Below, one piece after another: positions 63,402 through 64,000 of a DNA stretch of 64,000 nucleotides. A program made the translations under genes and the position numbers. The notes below the pieces were generated by a model. That model was not told the origin of the DNA. It saw only the letters and a program-made list of their open reading frames with translations, and searched no databases. The stretch's first letter is position 1; each line of letters begins with the position of its first letter. The DNA is from a virus, in IMG/VR virus record IMGVR_UViG_3300017989_000002, one strand, 5' to 3'.

Positions 63402-64000
63402 TCAGACGCCGAGGCGGTTGTCGACGTTCGGGACGATGGTGAGGGCGGGAGCGTCCGTCCACTCGAAGGCGGCCGCCCACATCCACGCGGTCCAGCCGTC
63501 GTGCACGCCGGTCGAGGCGTCGAGGGCGTTCTGGATCTGCCGGGAGGTGATGGGGGTGGTGTCGCCCGTGGTCGGGGTGCCCAGGACGAGCAGCGCCTTG
63601 TGGGAGATGTTGGCGCCGACGGCGTCGCCCGACCCGTCGCTGTTGGTGTAGATCAGCGCACCAGCCACCTTCTCGCCAGCACCCAGCGTGACGCCACTGG
63701 CATCGGAGCCGTCGAGGTTGATCGGCTGGGACACCTCGCCGCCGGCGGTCAGCATGTCGATGTCGGCGTCGTCGTCGGGAGCCAGGAGGACCCCGACGCC
63801 CTCGACGCGGGCCTGGCCGAGCGAGGAGCTGCTGAAGTCGAAGTGCAGAGCATCGGCGGCGAGGGAGGCACCGGCGGTGAGGCCGGCCACTCCGCCCAGG
63901 ATCTCGGTGCGCGCCGCGTAGGCACGCAGCGTCGCGTCGCGCAGCGCGGCGTCGTTCTTCTTCCAGAAGCCATGAGCGTCGGGATCGAAGCCGACGAGGC
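63402..64000 (-). CDS. Partial structural protein (start lies beyond the right edge)
   Basis: The frame stays open to the window end (LVGFDPDAHGFWKKNDAALRDATLRAY...). Confidence 0.65.
   Translation of the reverse strand, partial: LVGFDPDAHGFWKKNDAALRDATLRAYAARTEILGGVAGLTAGASLAADALHFDFSSSSLGQARVEGVGVLLAPDDDADIDMLTAGGEVSQPINLDGSDASGVTLGAGEKVAGALIYTNSDGSGDAVGANISHKALLVLGTPTTGDTTPITSRQIQNALDASTGVHDGWTAWMWAAAFEWTDAPALTIVPNVDNRLGV

Larger units (their letters stand above)
1..64000. mobile_element. Tailed bacteriophage genome segment (myovirus-like, encodes its own multisubunit-type RNAP)
   Basis: Portal-like, spike, baseplate J and gp25-like genes plus a phage-type replication cluster. Genes are densely coupled by TGATG/ATGA overlaps, and no bacterial housekeeping operon context is present. 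Confidence 0.93.

Noticed and set aside
1-64000. Alternative genetic code or diversity-generating retroelement
   Set aside because: Genes tile densely in the standard code with TGA and TAG both used as coupled stops; no reverse transcriptase or TR/VR pair was noticed.

Overview
This is a 64 kb slice of a high-GC tailed-phage genome, probably with a contractile tail. It is not ordinary bacterial chromosome. There are three blocks. (1) A minus-strand virion module (1-18894) holds a portal-like protein, a Gp5/VgrG-like spike, several Lys-x-Ala-motif proteins and a single-chain 2067-aa beta-beta' RNA polymerase. (2) A plus-strand replication/recombination operon (18978-36069) holds an XRE regulator, SF2 helicase, family-4 UDG-like protein, DnaB-like helicase, primase, Zn-rich putative SSB, PolA, RecA, Cas4-like nuclease and two resolvase-like nucleases. 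(3) A second minus-strand baseplate/tail module (36101-64000) also carries a FliA/WhiG-like sigma factor and is interrupted by small plus-strand islets. The most interesting signal is a possible self-contained phage transcription system. It combines the fused, compact RNAP (remodelled sigma-docking surfaces, altered rifampicin pocket) with its own group-3 sigma factor. Plus-strand units start at a sigma28-like motif (TGAAA-N13-CG[TG]CGCA[TC]AAG) and end at an unusual signal (strong hairpin, 12-15 nt, CTTCTTCGCT). Minus-strand structural operons instead have TAGNNT -10-like boxes. A second candidate system is a family of virion proteins sharing a hydrophobic-x-K-x-A motif or an N-terminal leader (FFLxEMEKCA), a possible packaging or maturation-protease code. 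No major capsid, terminase, sheath, integrase or RNAP alpha gene was recognised in this window. All calls come from reading motifs by eye, with no database searches.
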